DNA of 64,000 nt from an uncultured virus (IMG/VR IMGVR_UViG_3300037452_000097) (IMGVR_UViG_3300037452_000097); one strand, 5' to 3'. Shown: positions 38,320 through 48,221, counted from the stretch's first letter. Numbers and translations are program-made. Notes: generated by a model not told the origin, from the sequence alone.

Positions 38320-38639
38320 GGCGCGCTCCGCTCTTGTTCCGCGGCTATCATCGCGCGGATGCGCTTGGCGGCGGCGGGTTTGTCGTGCTCTTCGCCAAAC
38401 CCATAATCGTAAAACAGGTCGGTGGCCTGATCTTCGTTTAGGCCAAGGATTTTACGTGCGTTTTTGGCTTTGTAAGAAGTAATAATCGACCCCGGATTAA
38501 ATAATGCGATTGTTTCGCCTGCAATGCAGCCAAAAGTGCCGCATTCTGTGACTTGGAAAAAAACGTCCATGTTGAACTGGATCGGCAGCGTGTCCGTCTC
38601 GAATGCACGGGCGAGCTGTTCCATGCGCTCCATGTTCAT
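38316..38639 (-). CDS. conserved phage hypothetical protein
   Basis: FNM...CGT.GCIAG...A..ILGL...A..LF. Confidence 0.7.
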   Translation of the reverse strand: MNMERMEQLARAFETDTLPIQFNMDVFFQVTECGTFGCIAGETIALFNPGSIITSYKAKNARKILGLNEDQATDLFYDYGFGEEHDKPAAAKRIRAMIAAEQERSAP

Positions 38640-38914
38640 GACGCGGACTCCTCGGCACGGGTGATGGCGGCTTCAAGGGCTTCAGCTACATCCATATAGA
38701 CGTGTGGCTGCATTTTCTGGAGCACGCGCAAGCTGCGCTTCGCCGCTGCGAGCAGCTCGGCGCGCGTGTTGACGGCGGTGACGATCAGGCGGGCGTTGGC
38801 GATTTCCTCGGCATCAGCGGCGTCGATGTAAACTACATGGCCGTTAGCATCTAAAATTGTTCCGCATCCTTCTGGAATGCGCCACGGCAGCGGGCTGTGC
38901 TCAGGCGCGCTCAT
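38636..38914 (-). CDS. conserved phage hypothetical protein
   Basis: HSPLPW...ANARLIV.A...ELLAA. Confidence 0.7.
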   Translation of the reverse strand: MSAPEHSPLPWRIPEGCGTILDANGHVVYIDAADAEEIANARLIVTAVNTRAELLAAAKRSLRVLQKMQPHVYMDVAEALEAAITRAEESAS

Positions 38915-39076
38915 GATTTTTGTTCCTCGGCTTTCGCAATCGCGGCTTCGATCCTCTCCCTTTCAAACGATAGCCAATCCTCTACCGTATCCTGAATAAG
39001 CTGGGCGAGGGCGTTGATGGTCCTTTCCGGCGCGGCGTCCGGCAAAAAGCATGCAGCGAGGTCGTAACATTTTGGA

Positions 39077-39268
39077 TCAAAGCTCATCGGACTCCCCGCT
39101 CTGCGTTGGTGCGGTCGTCTCGGCATCCCACTGAACTTTGATGCAAGCGACGAAGTGCTCCTCTAATCGCCGCCGGTCCGCGATTTCTTTCGTCGGCCAT
39201 ATGCAAGAGCACGGTACAGCGTTCGAGCCTGGCGGATTTTCATAGACGTTGATCCATCCTTCGTTCAT
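39077..39268 (-). CDS. hypothetical protein
   Basis: GWINVY...ACIKVQW. Confidence 0.6.
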   Translation of the reverse strand: MNEGWINVYENPPGSNAVPCSCIWPTKEIADRRRLEEHFVACIKVQWDAETTAPTQSGESDEL

Positions 39269-40151
39269 GACACGCGGTCCTCGTCGTCGGCGACGGCGAT
39301 CGCCGCGCGGAGAATGATTGTTGCTTGGGCGATGTCGCCGGAGGCGAGAAGGCTTACCGCTTGCTTCATGTGGTAGAGGAGGGTGGAGCGCGAGGCCTCA
39401 AGGCGGGCGAGCCGCCTCACGATCTCGCCGTAAGGGACGAGCGTCATGCTGCCTCCGCAGATATCCGAAGCAGCGCCGCAACCCGGCGGCGTGAGTCCCG
39501 CGCGTCCAAAGCCGTATCGAGATAGCCTTTCGCGATGACATCCGTGAGCTCGTGAGCGTAAAGCCGCTCGCCGTCTGGAATGGCCTGCAATGCGCGTAGG
39601 CAATCGAGGACGATCGTCTCGGCGGGAGAAATTACTTCCCGATCCGCGGGGGGAGGAATGAGGCCGTGACGATATTGGCCGGCAAGCCATGCGGCACTCT
39701 TGCGCGCGGCATCTTCGAGTTTGGCGGACACAGCATCGCGGGCCGGGGACGGCGGTCGGCGCACGGGCCAAGAGTCGGCATGCGGCACGGGAGCGTCGTC
39801 GGCTAGGCGGGAGATTGAGGTGCGGGGGGTCATGGTTGTCTCCGCCAAAAACTGTTTGGCCCTTTGCCTTCGCAAACAATCCCCCCAGCTTTCCTGCATG
39901 CTTGGAGAAAGCGCTCAATGACGATATGACGGGTGTCTCCCCCAGAGAAATCGATAATTGTTTGCAGATCTCTGGACGTAAAAGGGCGTCCCTCGTCAAT
40001 CCTGGCATAAAGTCGTTTCTTAGTCTCGTCGGTAAGGGTCATTGCATGGACCATGCGTTTAGGAGGACGGCCGCCACAAAGCCGGTGAGCGCGCCAAAGG
40101 CCCATATCGATGCGGCGGTGCTGATGGTGAGAATGGGGGAGCGGCGGGTGG

Positions 40152-40412
40152 TCATGGCGACACCTCGGGGCTTGATCCGAACCGCATTTGATGGTTGTCA
40201 GCACCCCTTGTCGCGCCGCGCATTTCACAAAGCGCGCGCCAAATGCTGAGGTCACTGATGTCCAAAAACAGGCCGGTGCGCATGCACGAGCAATATTTTC
40301 GCGCCTGGTAAACCTGGTCGAAGGCTTGGATTTTATCGACGGCGACCATCTTGGCTACGTGCCAGTAAGACAGCCATCCTTGGATTTCTTTGCTGGTCAT
40401 TTTGCTCTCCAT
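40152..40412 (-). CDS. hypothetical protein
   Basis: ORF in the leftward early operon. Confidence 0.5.
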   Translation of the reverse strand: MESKMTSKEIQGWLSYWHVAKMVAVDKIQAFDQVYQARKYCSCMRTGLFLDISDLSIWRALCEMRGATRGADNHQMRFGSSPEVSP

Positions 40413-40641
40413 AAACCGAGGCGGGCAGAGATTGGACCGCAGAGCGCCTCGGATTAGTTAGGCGGTGACCTCACTCAGAAACCAACGCCAATGTTCAGAC
40501 TTCCACAACCTCGGATCGTAAGCATCAATAGGTGACGGCTCGAAACAGCCTCTGTCCACGGATGCAACGAGTTTATCGACGTGCGCTTTGTGCTCGCGAT
40601 ACCACCGCGCGGCACGGTCTTTATCTTCGTCTGTCATCTGC

Positions 40642-40908
40642 TCAATCGTGCGTGGTCACGGCGAAGGAGCTGTGTTCGCCATCACCTTCGATTTGTATTG
40701 TCGTAGGTCCGGACCGGATCAGCGCCGAGAAATTGCCTCCCTCGCTGACGGCCTGTAGCGACCGCTGGCAGCCGTTTCCGAGCGGCGCACGGGCTTTCTC
40801 GCCGTGGTCCCGCAGAGCGGCCACGGCGCGCCCTATCGGGCTATATGCGGCAACCTGTCCGGCCTGCCTTGCCGCCTCGGTGACGGCTAGGTGTTTGCGT
40901 TTTGGCAT
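40642..40908 (-). CDS. first gene of the leftward early operon, hypothetical
   Basis: GGAGG SD before MPKRKH. Confidence 0.55.
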   Translation of the reverse strand: MPKRKHLAVTEAARQAGQVAAYSPIGRAVAALRDHGEKARAPLGNGCQRSLQAVSEGGNFSALIRSGPTTIQIEGDGEHSSFAVTTHD

Positions 40909-40970
40909 TTTCGTTCCTCCTTCCAAGTTTCGAGCGCGATGGGCGCGCCGCGAACTTGATGGGTAAGTTT

Positions 40971-40997
40971 GTTGCACAACTCACAACCTTAGTCAAC
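40971..40997 (-). promoter_or_regulatory. PL-like promoter with operator GAGTTGTGCAAC
   Basis: Minus strand TTGACT followed by the 12-mer that also occurs at 41453-41464. Confidence 0.6.
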
Positions 40998-41030
40998 CCT
41001 TTTTTGAAAAGAAAAAATTAAATGGGCTAG

Positions 41031-41378
41031 TTAGGCTTGTTTTTTACGCAACGGATCAGGCGGCGGGAACGCAATCTTGAGCGTGTCTTTTATACGCTCA
41101 ATTTCCTCCGGGCTGCGGCCGTCAAGGAAGCGGGCTGTCCAATCATCGTCAGGATGGCGGAACAGGGCTTCCGGCTCGCAATGGAAAAAAGCGGCCAATT
41201 TTTTCTGCCACCGTTCGGACGGGCTGCTTCCTGAATACCACCGCGAAACTTGGCCTTTGTCGGCGCCGATCGCATCCGCAAGCTCTGATTGGCTAAGCCC
41301 GCGCTTTTTCGCCCAATCCTCTATATGGTGGGGGCGGCGGGGTTGTTTTGACGGGTGGATTGTCAGGGTGTTCGACAT
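41031..41378 (-). CDS. XRE-family HTH repressor (cI-like, no peptidase domain)
   Basis: RGLSQSELADAIGADKGQVSRWYSG; divergent from a cro-like gene. Confidence 0.8.
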   Translation of the reverse strand: MSNTLTIHPSKQPRRPHHIEDWAKKRGLSQSELADAIGADKGQVSRWYSGSSPSERWQKKLAAFFHCEPEALFRHPDDDWTARFLDGRSPEEIERIKDTLKIAFPPPDPLRKKQA

Positions 41379-41418
41379 CCAAAAATTTTTAGTCAAATGC
41401 GGGAAAAACGTCGTTAGC

Positions 41419-41464
41419 GAGTTGTTCAAAAAATCCGCTTGATTTTGATTGCGAGTTGTGCAAC
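41419..41464 (+). promoter_or_regulatory. OR-like operators
   Basis: GAGTTGTTCAAA at 41419 and GAGTTGTGCAAC at 41453, between the divergent HTH genes. Confidence 0.6.
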
Positions 41465-41474
41465 TTTCTCGCTT

Positions 41475-41693
41475 ATGGTCAGAACTTCCTTTCAGAAACG
41501 TCTCGAAGAAAAGGGGATCACACAGAGCGCGCTGGCGTTGCGGCTCGGCGTCAACAAATCGACGGTCGCCTTGTGGGTTCTTCGCCGAATTCCGGCCGAG
41601 CGGGTCATCGAAATCGAGCGAGAAACCGGGATTTCTCGGCATGAGCTGCGCCCGGACATCTACCCGCCGGAGCCTCTTGAGGCGGCACAATGA
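41475..41693 (+). CDS. Cro/YdaS-like regulator
   Basis: QSALALRLGVNKSTVALW...IPAERVIEIERETGISRHELRPDIY. Confidence 0.85.
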   Translation: MVRTSFQKRLEEKGITQSALALRLGVNKSTVALWVLRRIPAERVIEIERETGISRHELRPDIYPPEPLEAAQ

Positions 41694-42025
41694 CATACTG
41701 GTCCGGCGAGCGCATCGCGCGACTTGGGTTTCTCGTCGGTCTCGGCTGGGATGCCCAGCGCATTGCTGACGATCCTATCATCGCCTCGACCCAGAACAAT
41801 GTGCACCGGCAAGCGCAACGGTTCGGCCTTTCATTTCGCGCTGCGTCTACGATGATCGCGTTGCAGTTATCTGAGGCTGCGCGCGGACATTTTGAGCAAG
41901 CTGCGATCAAGCGCGGCCTTTCTCACGATGCCCTGGTTCAAAAACTCCTTGGCGAGGTCGCTTCCGACCCAAATCTCATCGACAATATCCTAGACGATGA
42001 CGCCAACACCGAGGTTGCGGCATGA
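41690..42025 (+). CDS. GcrA-like HTH protein
   Basis: WSGERIARL...G..AQRIA...TQNNV.....RFGLS resembles the GcrA N-terminus. Confidence 0.6.
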   Translation: MTYWSGERIARLGFLVGLGWDAQRIADDPIIASTQNNVHRQAQRFGLSFRAASTMIALQLSEAARGHFEQAAIKRGLSHDALVQKLLGEVASDPNLIDNILDDDANTEVAA

Positions 42026-42660
42026 CGATCACGCTCCCAAAAATTCCTATCCAGGCGGCCCGGGCCGCTTTCACGGCCGCCTGTTTCGCGGGCCTACGTT
42101 CCTCCCGGCTCGCGACGGCGGCGCGGATGTTTTCGGCTAACCGAGAATGCAGCATCCGCGCCGCTTTTCTTTTCCTCCAGTTTTTACCTGAGTGGGCTCC
42201 TATGAAGCGATCTAGAGCGTGGAGGAGAATTCAGGTGTCGCGCCAATCCCACATAACGCGCGATGCAGAGCCGGCCCAAGAAAATCGCGTCGGGGGCGTT
42301 AAGCCGGCACCCCGATTTTCCTTTTCGCGCCGAAACGAACCTCTCCCGGCAGCCGCGTCCATCAACGGGCTAGCGATCATGGCGCTACAAGACAGAGCAC
42401 GGTTTTCGGCGCGCCCGTAAGTTCATGGCCGCGATGCTCTGTAAGGTGGACCTATTTGGCAGTGAGTGAAAAATGACATTCGTCGAGTTTCTGGACAAGC
42501 ATGTTGATGGGCTCGCGTTTATTTGTTTTTTCGCGTTGTGGGTCTGGCTAGTCGTGAAAGTAGGCTGAACCGCTTGGCGTTGGCGCGCCGCGCGGGTGAT
42601 GGGTGTGAGTTGTGTTCCTTCCATGCGGATTTTCGTATCGCATGAAAGGTTTCCGAAGTC

Positions 42661-43065
42661 GTGGAAAAGCCGTCCAAGGGCAGAATTGTGACCGAGATCG
42701 CTATCGAAATGCGCAAGGCGATCATCTCTCTAGCCGGCGAGCGCGGGTGGAATGAGACGCGCGAGCGATGGCTCGAACGCGCAGCGACTAAAGCCGGCGT
42801 GTCATACCGAACCGCGAAGTCAATCTTTTACTCTGAGTTGCGTGATCCAAGAACCTCCGTCGTAACGTTGGTGAGACATGCGATCGAACGAAAGTCGGCA
42901 AGTCAAGAAATCTCAGCACGCGATGATTTGGCGGCGCTGGAGATACGAATGCGGGCTCTTGAGGCACGCCTTAACGCGATGGATCAGGACGGCGCTGGCG
43001 CGCCATTTGATGCGATCGGCGAGGGCGATGGTGTGGTTGGCGGCTCGGGTGGCGCCGTGGATTAG
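42661..43065 (+). CDS. HTH regulator (cII position)
   Basis: WLERAATKAGVSYRTAKSIFY followed by a coil. Confidence 0.55.
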   Translation: MEKPSKGRIVTEIAIEMRKAIISLAGERGWNETRERWLERAATKAGVSYRTAKSIFYSELRDPRTSVVTLVRHAIERKSASQEISARDDLAALEIRMRALEARLNAMDQDGAGAPFDAIGEGDGVVGGSGGAVD

Positions 43066-43074
43066 GGGCGGGGA

Positions 43075-43338
43075 ATGACGAGCATCAATAACCGCGAGAA
43101 GAAACTCAAGCTGCTTTTCAAAAAGCAGAGAGGCAGGTGCTGGATCTGCAACGGCATGATGGCGAGGGACACGATTACCTTCGACCACATCATCCCAAAA
43201 TCCAAAGGCGGCCTCGCGGAACTTGAAAATCTCAAACTTGCTCATGCATGCTGCAACAGCCGGAGGGGCAGTTCGATGGACGGTGTTCTCATTCACTGCG
43301 GCGGGGCCGTGGCGATGCGATACCAGGCGGCGCGATAG
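43075..43338 (+). CDS. HNH endonuclease
   Basis: CWIC...DHIIPKSKGG...NLKLAHACCNSRRG. Confidence 0.85.
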   Translation: MTSINNREKKLKLLFKKQRGRCWICNGMMARDTITFDHIIPKSKGGLAELENLKLAHACCNSRRGSSMDGVLIHCGGAVAMRYQAAR

Positions 43339-43362
43339 GGCGCTTTTGGAAAGGAAAGACGA

Positions 43363-43770
43363 ATGAGCGAGTCTCTAAATGACGAAATTGAGGGAAACTT
43401 TCGAGCCGCTGGCGTAATGGCCGACAAGAAGCGCGGCCGGCCAAAAAAGCACGCGACGGCGGACGGTGAGGCTCTGCGAAATTCGATCGATAGCGTCGAG
43501 CTGCAAAGGTATGTCCAGCGCATCGAGAATGTGCATGCGGAAATCGCGGATCTCAATGCGGATCGACGGGCGATTTTCAAGGAGGTCAAGGCGGCCGGTT
43601 ACGACGCGGCGACGGTGCGGACGATCATCAAGCGGCGCGCGACGGAGCCGGACAAGCGGCAATTGATGGACGAGCTGCTTGATTTATACGCGGCGGCGCT
43701 CGGGGATTTCGCGAGCACGCCGTTGGGGGAGGCGGGGGCGGAGGCAGTTCGCAGCGGGGCGCGGGCGTGA
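43363..43770 (+). CDS. GapR (DUF2312)-like DNA-binding protein
   Basis: LQRYVQRIENV..EIADL..DRRAIFKEVKAAGYD..TVRTIIKRR...LLDLYAAALG. Confidence 0.8.
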   Translation: MSESLNDEIEGNFRAAGVMADKKRGRPKKHATADGEALRNSIDSVELQRYVQRIENVHAEIADLNADRRAIFKEVKAAGYDAATVRTIIKRRATEPDKRQLMDELLDLYAAALGDFASTPLGEAGAEAVRSGARA

Positions 43771-44816
43771 TGAGTGGTTGCGCTATCGAGGAAATTAATA
43801 TCGCCAGCATTCCGGCGGCGATGAAGGCGCTCGACCGGCTGAGGGTCGATATCAAAAATGCGCCGACGCTTGAAATTCTCAATGCTCTTGCCGACGCCGC
43901 AGCTGGTTTTCAGCGTCGATGGAAGCCTGTTAAGGACGTCGCTGATCGGGCCGGCGAATGTTGGATTGATGCCGATGTAAAGCGCGGCCAGGAACTCGCC
44001 AAGGTCCCGAAGGCCAAGGGCGGCCAGCCGTATCAAAAAAAATCTACTGGTTCCATTAAGGGCCCGGTAGACGCCCCCACCCGCGCCGAAATGCATATCG
44101 GCAAGAAGGAAGCCGCGCGCTCGGAGAAAATCGCGGCAATGCCAGAGCCGGAACGCAAGACGATCATTGAAGAGCTGAAGATCGAGGGCAAGCCAATCAG
44201 CCCCAATGCGGTGCTTGCTAAAAAACGCGGCAAGAACAAAACCGAGAAAAAGCACACGATTGCCGCCGCCACATTTTCGAGCAAAGGTCCGTTCGATTGC
44301 GTCGTGATCGACCCGCCGTGGCCGATGCAAAAGATCGATCGCGAGGAACGCCCGAACCAAGATGCTTTCGCCTATCCGGTTATGAGCGAGGCCGAACTCA
44401 CCCAGTTTTGGCCAAAGGAAATCGCCGGGCGGCTTTCGCAAGACTGCCACGTATTTTGCTGGGCGACGCAGAGATTCCTTCCTCTTGCGCTGCGCCTGGT
44501 CGAAGGATGGTCGCTCAAATACGTGCTGACGATGGTATGGCACAAGTCAGGTGGATTCCAGCCTGTCGGGCTGCCGCAATACAATAGCGAATTTATTGTT
44601 TATGCCCGCAAGGGTGCTCCGGTCTTCATCGATACTAAGAATTTCGATTGCTGCTTCAACGCCCCTCGCCGCGAGCATTCGCGCAAGCCTGACGAATTCT
44701 ATGACCTCGTGCTCCGTGTTACCGGCGGCTCGCGCATTGATGTTTTTTCGCGGGAGCCGCGCGAAGGGTTCGCACAATTTGGGAATGAGGTCGGCAAATT
44801 TGCGAGGGCCGGCTGA
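43767..44816 (+). CDS. MT-A70 family adenine methyltransferase with N-terminal extension
   Basis: VIDPPW, VFCWAT, MVWHK, REHSRKP and IDVFSRE motifs. Confidence 0.88.
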   Translation: MMSGCAIEEINIASIPAAMKALDRLRVDIKNAPTLEILNALADAAAGFQRRWKPVKDVADRAGECWIDADVKRGQELAKVPKAKGGQPYQKKSTGSIKGPVDAPTRAEMHIGKKEAARSEKIAAMPEPERKTIIEELKIEGKPISPNAVLAKKRGKNKTEKKHTIAAATFSSKGPFDCVVIDPPWPMQKIDREERPNQDAFAYPVMSEAELTQFWPKEIAGRLSQDCHVFCWATQRFLPLALRLVEGWSLKYVLTMVWHKSGGFQPVGLPQYNSEFIVYARKGAPVFIDTKNFDCCFNAPRREHSRKPDEFYDLVLRVTGGSRIDVFSREPREGFAQFGNEVGKFARAG

Positions 44817-45325
44817 TGAGCGACTATCGCAAAGATCGTTCTTGGTCGGATCAATTCATTCCATCGATAAAGCAGATAGTAGGGCCGTACCTGCTTGTTC
44901 CTGCTAGCTTGGAACTGGATGCGCACGAAGCAACCGATCTTCTTGTTTTCAAGGCGCGTGATGTGCGGATCGCCGCGCGAATGCGGGCGGCCGAATATGC
45001 AGCTCAGTATCCTTTCGATTTTACAATCCGATCATCCCGAGATAGCGGGGTCGAAACTGAGCTTTCGAAGATAGTTTCTGGCTGGGGGGATTGGCTGTTT
45101 TACGGATTTGATGGAGGCGCTCGGAACGTACTTCCATGGTGGCTTCTCGACCTGAATGTTTTTCGGAGAGCGCTTCATTTCGATCTAGCCTCGGAGACGA
45201 AAAAAATCAGGTGCACCAAGAAAGCCAATGGAGATGGCACTCACCTAGCCGCCTATGACATTCTAAGTTTCCCCCGTGACCTCGTGGTGGCATCTTCCAG
45301 GAGCATTCAGGGGGCCGCTGCGTGA
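44816..45325 (+). CDS. conserved phage protein, possible PD-(D/E)xK-like fold
   Basis: D...ATDL...IAARMR...FTIRS...TELSKI..GWGDWLFYGF; coupled to the MTase. Confidence 0.5.
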   Translation: MSDYRKDRSWSDQFIPSIKQIVGPYLLVPASLELDAHEATDLLVFKARDVRIAARMRAAEYAAQYPFDFTIRSSRDSGVETELSKIVSGWGDWLFYGFDGGARNVLPWWLLDLNVFRRALHFDLASETKKIRCTKKANGDGTHLAAYDILSFPRDLVVASSRSIQGAAA

Positions 45326-45840
45326 TTGTCCTCGGGGTAGACATCGGCGTTCAAGGCGCCATTGCGGTTTTAGATGGCGTCCGGCTTCTTGCCGTCCATC
45401 AGATGCCAGTCCTGCATGACGGACCAGCGGGGCGCCGGACTGTCAACGCGCCGCTGTTGGCAAGCATCGTCTTCGCCAGCCACGCAACGCATGCTTTCGT
45501 CGAGCATGTCTCGGCGCGCCCAAAGGAAGGCGCTGTGGGGGCCTTTGCGTTCGGGCGGTCCCGTGGCGTCATCGAAGGGGTTTTGGCTGCGGCTGGCGTT
45601 CCCTGCTCGTTTGTCACGCCTGCCTCGTGGAAGCGTGCTGTTGGATTGGCGGCGGGCCGCGATAAAGACGCGTCGCGTGCCGAGGCTATCCGGCGATGGC
45701 CAGGGCAGGCCGAGCTTTTCAAACTCAAGAAATCGGACGGGCTTGCTGAGGCAGCTTTGATTGCTGTGGCAGGGCTGCTTCGCCAGCCTGGCAATGCGGC
45801 TGGGCGTGCGCTTCCGGTGATGTTGGGAGAGCGGGCATGA
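45322..45840 (+). CDS. RuvC-like Holliday junction resolvase
   Basis: VLGVDIG..GAIA...VEHV...AFAFG...VTPASWK...DGLAEAALIA. Confidence 0.8.
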   Translation: MIVLGVDIGVQGAIAVLDGVRLLAVHQMPVLHDGPAGRRTVNAPLLASIVFASHATHAFVEHVSARPKEGAVGAFAFGRSRGVIEGVLAAAGVPCSFVTPASWKRAVGLAAGRDKDASRAEAIRRWPGQAELFKLKKSDGLAEAALIAVAGLLRQPGNAAGRALPVMLGERA

Positions 45841-46379
45841 CCGGCGTTGATCTCGTCATGCTGAGACACGCTGCCACTGGCATGCGCGCGCTTCGGAAGG
45901 GGCAGCCGCCGCGTCGTGCCATTCCGATTGTGTCAAGTAGAAGCAAATCCGTCAGCGTCCGCCTCGCCGAGGCGGAAGCAATGCGCGGGGAAATACCGGA
46001 TAAGCAGGTTAAGGAAATTATGCGCGCCATTTGGCAAAGCGCGCGGGATTTTGGGGAGGTCACGAAGAACGCCGAGCCCCCGAGTGTGGCCCATAGTCGG
46101 CGAAAAATACGTGCGATCCAGATACTTGTTGCCGCCCATTATGGCGTAAGCATCGACGATATCCGGTCGGATATAAGAACGCCGCGCATTGTCCGCGCGC
46201 GCGACGCCGGCATGTATTTGTCCAGGAAACTAACGCCGTGTTCGTTTGCAATTATTGGTCGGTATTTCAGGCATAACCACGCGACGGTTCTTGTAGCAGT
46301 GCGGCGCGTTGAGAGGCTGATTGAGACGGACAAGGAGGCTGCGGAGAAAATCGCGGCTCTGAAGGCGGCGCTGTCATGA
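45837..46379 (+). CDS. DnaA C-terminal-like HTH protein
   Basis: IQILVAAHYGVS...R...IVRAR..GMYL...SFAIIGRYFRHNHATVL.A. Confidence 0.8.
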   Translation: MTGVDLVMLRHAATGMRALRKGQPPRRAIPIVSSRSKSVSVRLAEAEAMRGEIPDKQVKEIMRAIWQSARDFGEVTKNAEPPSVAHSRRKIRAIQILVAAHYGVSIDDIRSDIRTPRIVRARDAGMYLSRKLTPCSFAIIGRYFRHNHATVLVAVRRVERLIETDKEAAEKIAALKAALS

Positions 46380-46735
46380 ACGATTGGCTATTGCGGAAAT
46401 CGTTCCTAATGCACAGCGGCGCGCCGGCCGATTGGAAGATCGAATGTGACGCGCTTACGGACGAGGAAATTGCGACTTTCGCAATGCTGATCGCGAAGAG
46501 GTTTCAATTCTCCGACGTGTTGGGGATTCCGCGCGGGGGACTCCGGATTGCGGCGGCGCTGGATCAATATCGCATTGCCCGGCCTACGCGCTGGCTGATT
46601 GTCGACGACGTACTGACGACGGGCGCTAGCATAGCGGATCATAGTGGCTCCGATGATATTTGCGTCGTGATGTTTGCGCGCGGGCCGTGTCCGGCGGGCG
46701 TGCATGCGGTGTTTCAGATGTGGGATGGGGCGTGA
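46376..46735 (+). CDS. phosphoribosyltransferase-like protein
   Basis: HSG...WKIECD; GIPRGG; LIVDDVLTTGAS PRPP-binding loop. Confidence 0.75.
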   Translation: MNDWLLRKSFLMHSGAPADWKIECDALTDEEIATFAMLIAKRFQFSDVLGIPRGGLRIAAALDQYRIARPTRWLIVDDVLTTGASIADHSGSDDICVVMFARGPCPAGVHAVFQMWDGA

Positions 46736-47349
46736 TGGGCGAGCCGCGGTCATGCGAAGCAGCTACCGCATTCCTCGACGGGCGCGTGATTTTGCATGCG
46801 GGGGATTGCCGCGGCTTCGGGTGCATCGCCGCGGACCCTCCTTGGATGTTTGCAACTCGTTCAGAGAAAGGGAAGGGTCGCTCCGCGGAGCAGCATTATT
46901 CTTGTATGTCAATTGATCAAATTAAATCTTTGTCTGTTTCTGAACTTGCCGCGCCGGATTGCTGTCTCTTTCTTTGGGTGACAGATCCTATGCTAGCGGT
47001 AGGTCTTGATGTTATAAGAGCATGGGGATTCACATTTAAGACTGTAGGGTTCTATTGGGTCAAGACGAATGCGAATGGCACTAATTTTACAGGAATGGGA
47101 TATTACACGCGGGCGAATCCAGAACAATGCCTACTTGCCACACGTGGGAATCCTAAACGGGTGTCAAAGTCTGTTCCCCGGTTGATTGTTGCACCGAGGC
47201 GTGAGCACTCCCGCAAGCCAGAGGAATTTTTCTTGCGTTCACGCGCCTTGATGCGTGGACCCTACATCGAACTCTTCTCTCGTGAACCACATGACGGGTG
47301 GGAAACTTGGGGAGATGAAACCTCAAAATTTGGTAGAGAACCTCAATGA
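46735..47349 (+). CDS. MT-A70 family adenine methyltransferase 2
   Basis: IAADPPW, LFLWVT, AWGFTFKT, WVK, RREHSRKP and IELFSRE motifs. Confidence 0.88.
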   Translation: MGEPRSCEAATAFLDGRVILHAGDCRGFGCIAADPPWMFATRSEKGKGRSAEQHYSCMSIDQIKSLSVSELAAPDCCLFLWVTDPMLAVGLDVIRAWGFTFKTVGFYWVKTNANGTNFTGMGYYTRANPEQCLLATRGNPKRVSKSVPRLIVAPRREHSRKPEEFFLRSRALMRGPYIELFSREPHDGWETWGDETSKFGREPQ

Positions 47350-48221
47350 CCAGCTCTCATCTTCCGTTTCATCGATGCAACGGTAGTTGCGTTAGGTTCA
47401 ATAGCGCAATGACATGTGCGGCAAACGGACAGGAGATTAGAAAGGGCATTGGAGCAGCTTACGGACCACGGAATAATATGGTGGACGTCGAGCCGCCTGC
47501 GATTCCCGCCAAGTTCGGATTGATGGAGTCCACATCTTTTGCATGTATAATTATCTCTGCGCCTAGCGTCTTCTGCCGCTTCTTTCCAATCATATCCGCG
47601 GCGGTAATGTTTGGACGTTCCGCCTTTCCAAGATGGATGCCTGGCACCACGAACATGTTTTGCCTGCCATGCGGAATAGCACTCTTTCGTGCAAAAGGCA
47701 GACTTGTTGCCAACAAACGATTTAAACGATCTGTGGCATTCGCGACAACGCTTCGAAATATATTGCGTGCCTATTTGCCAACATTGCTTGGAGCAGGTAT
47801 GCAAGTGCAGATGCGGTCTCGTCTCATAAGTGTTGCCACATACTTTGCAGAGTCGTTTAATACGTTCGCTACGCGGCGGTCCTCCCTTTCCCCTTCCGGC
47901 ATATCCACATGTTTTGGAACAGAACCGTCTGTGGCGACAATCCAATGACAAAAAGAGTTTGCCGCATTGTTCGCATTGTTTTTCGACTGAAGGGCGTTGA
48001 CCACGTCTTCTTGCGCAGGCTAATCCACTGCATCGGCGTGAACAATATGGACGATTTGAGTGTCTTGCATTGTAACTTATTCCACAGTTATCGCACGCTT
48101 TTTCCATTTGTAAATTATATATTATTTTGGACTGATACGCAAGCATTCTGTGAGGCCGCCGAATGATAATGTGGAAAGGAAACGAAATTACGCCGGAGAT
48201 AATATCGGCATCTCGGCGCAT
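47343..48221 (-). CDS. HNH endonuclease with repeated CxxC...FCSxxC zinc fingers
   Basis: Four C..C...CS..C modules, then RDNYTCKRCG...LDVHHI...NALSNL..VCRTCH; real start probably near MEKACD. Confidence 0.85.
   Translation of the reverse strand: MRRDADIISGVISFPFHIIIRRPHRMLAYQSKIIYNLQMEKACDNCGISYNARHSNRPYCSRRCSGLACARRRGQRPSVEKQCEQCGKLFLSLDCRHRRFCSKTCGYAGRGKGGPPRSERIKRLCKVCGNTYETRPHLHLHTCSKQCWQIGTQYISKRCRECHRSFKSFVGNKSAFCTKECYSAWQAKHVRGARHPSWKGGTSKHYRRGYDWKEAAEDARRRDNYTCKRCGLHQSELGGNRRRLDVHHIIPWSVSCSNALSNLLSVCRTCHCAIEPNATTVASMKRKMRAGH

Noticed and set aside
41379..41696. N-terminal half of the 221-aa minus ORF
   Set aside because: It is antisense to the cro-like gene and spans the operator region; the repressor likely starts at 41378.
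43599..44543. 314-aa minus ORF
   Set aside because: Shadow of the GapR-like and MT-A70 genes.
47346..47948. 200-aa plus ORF
   Set aside because: Shadow of the zinc-finger HNH on the minus strand.
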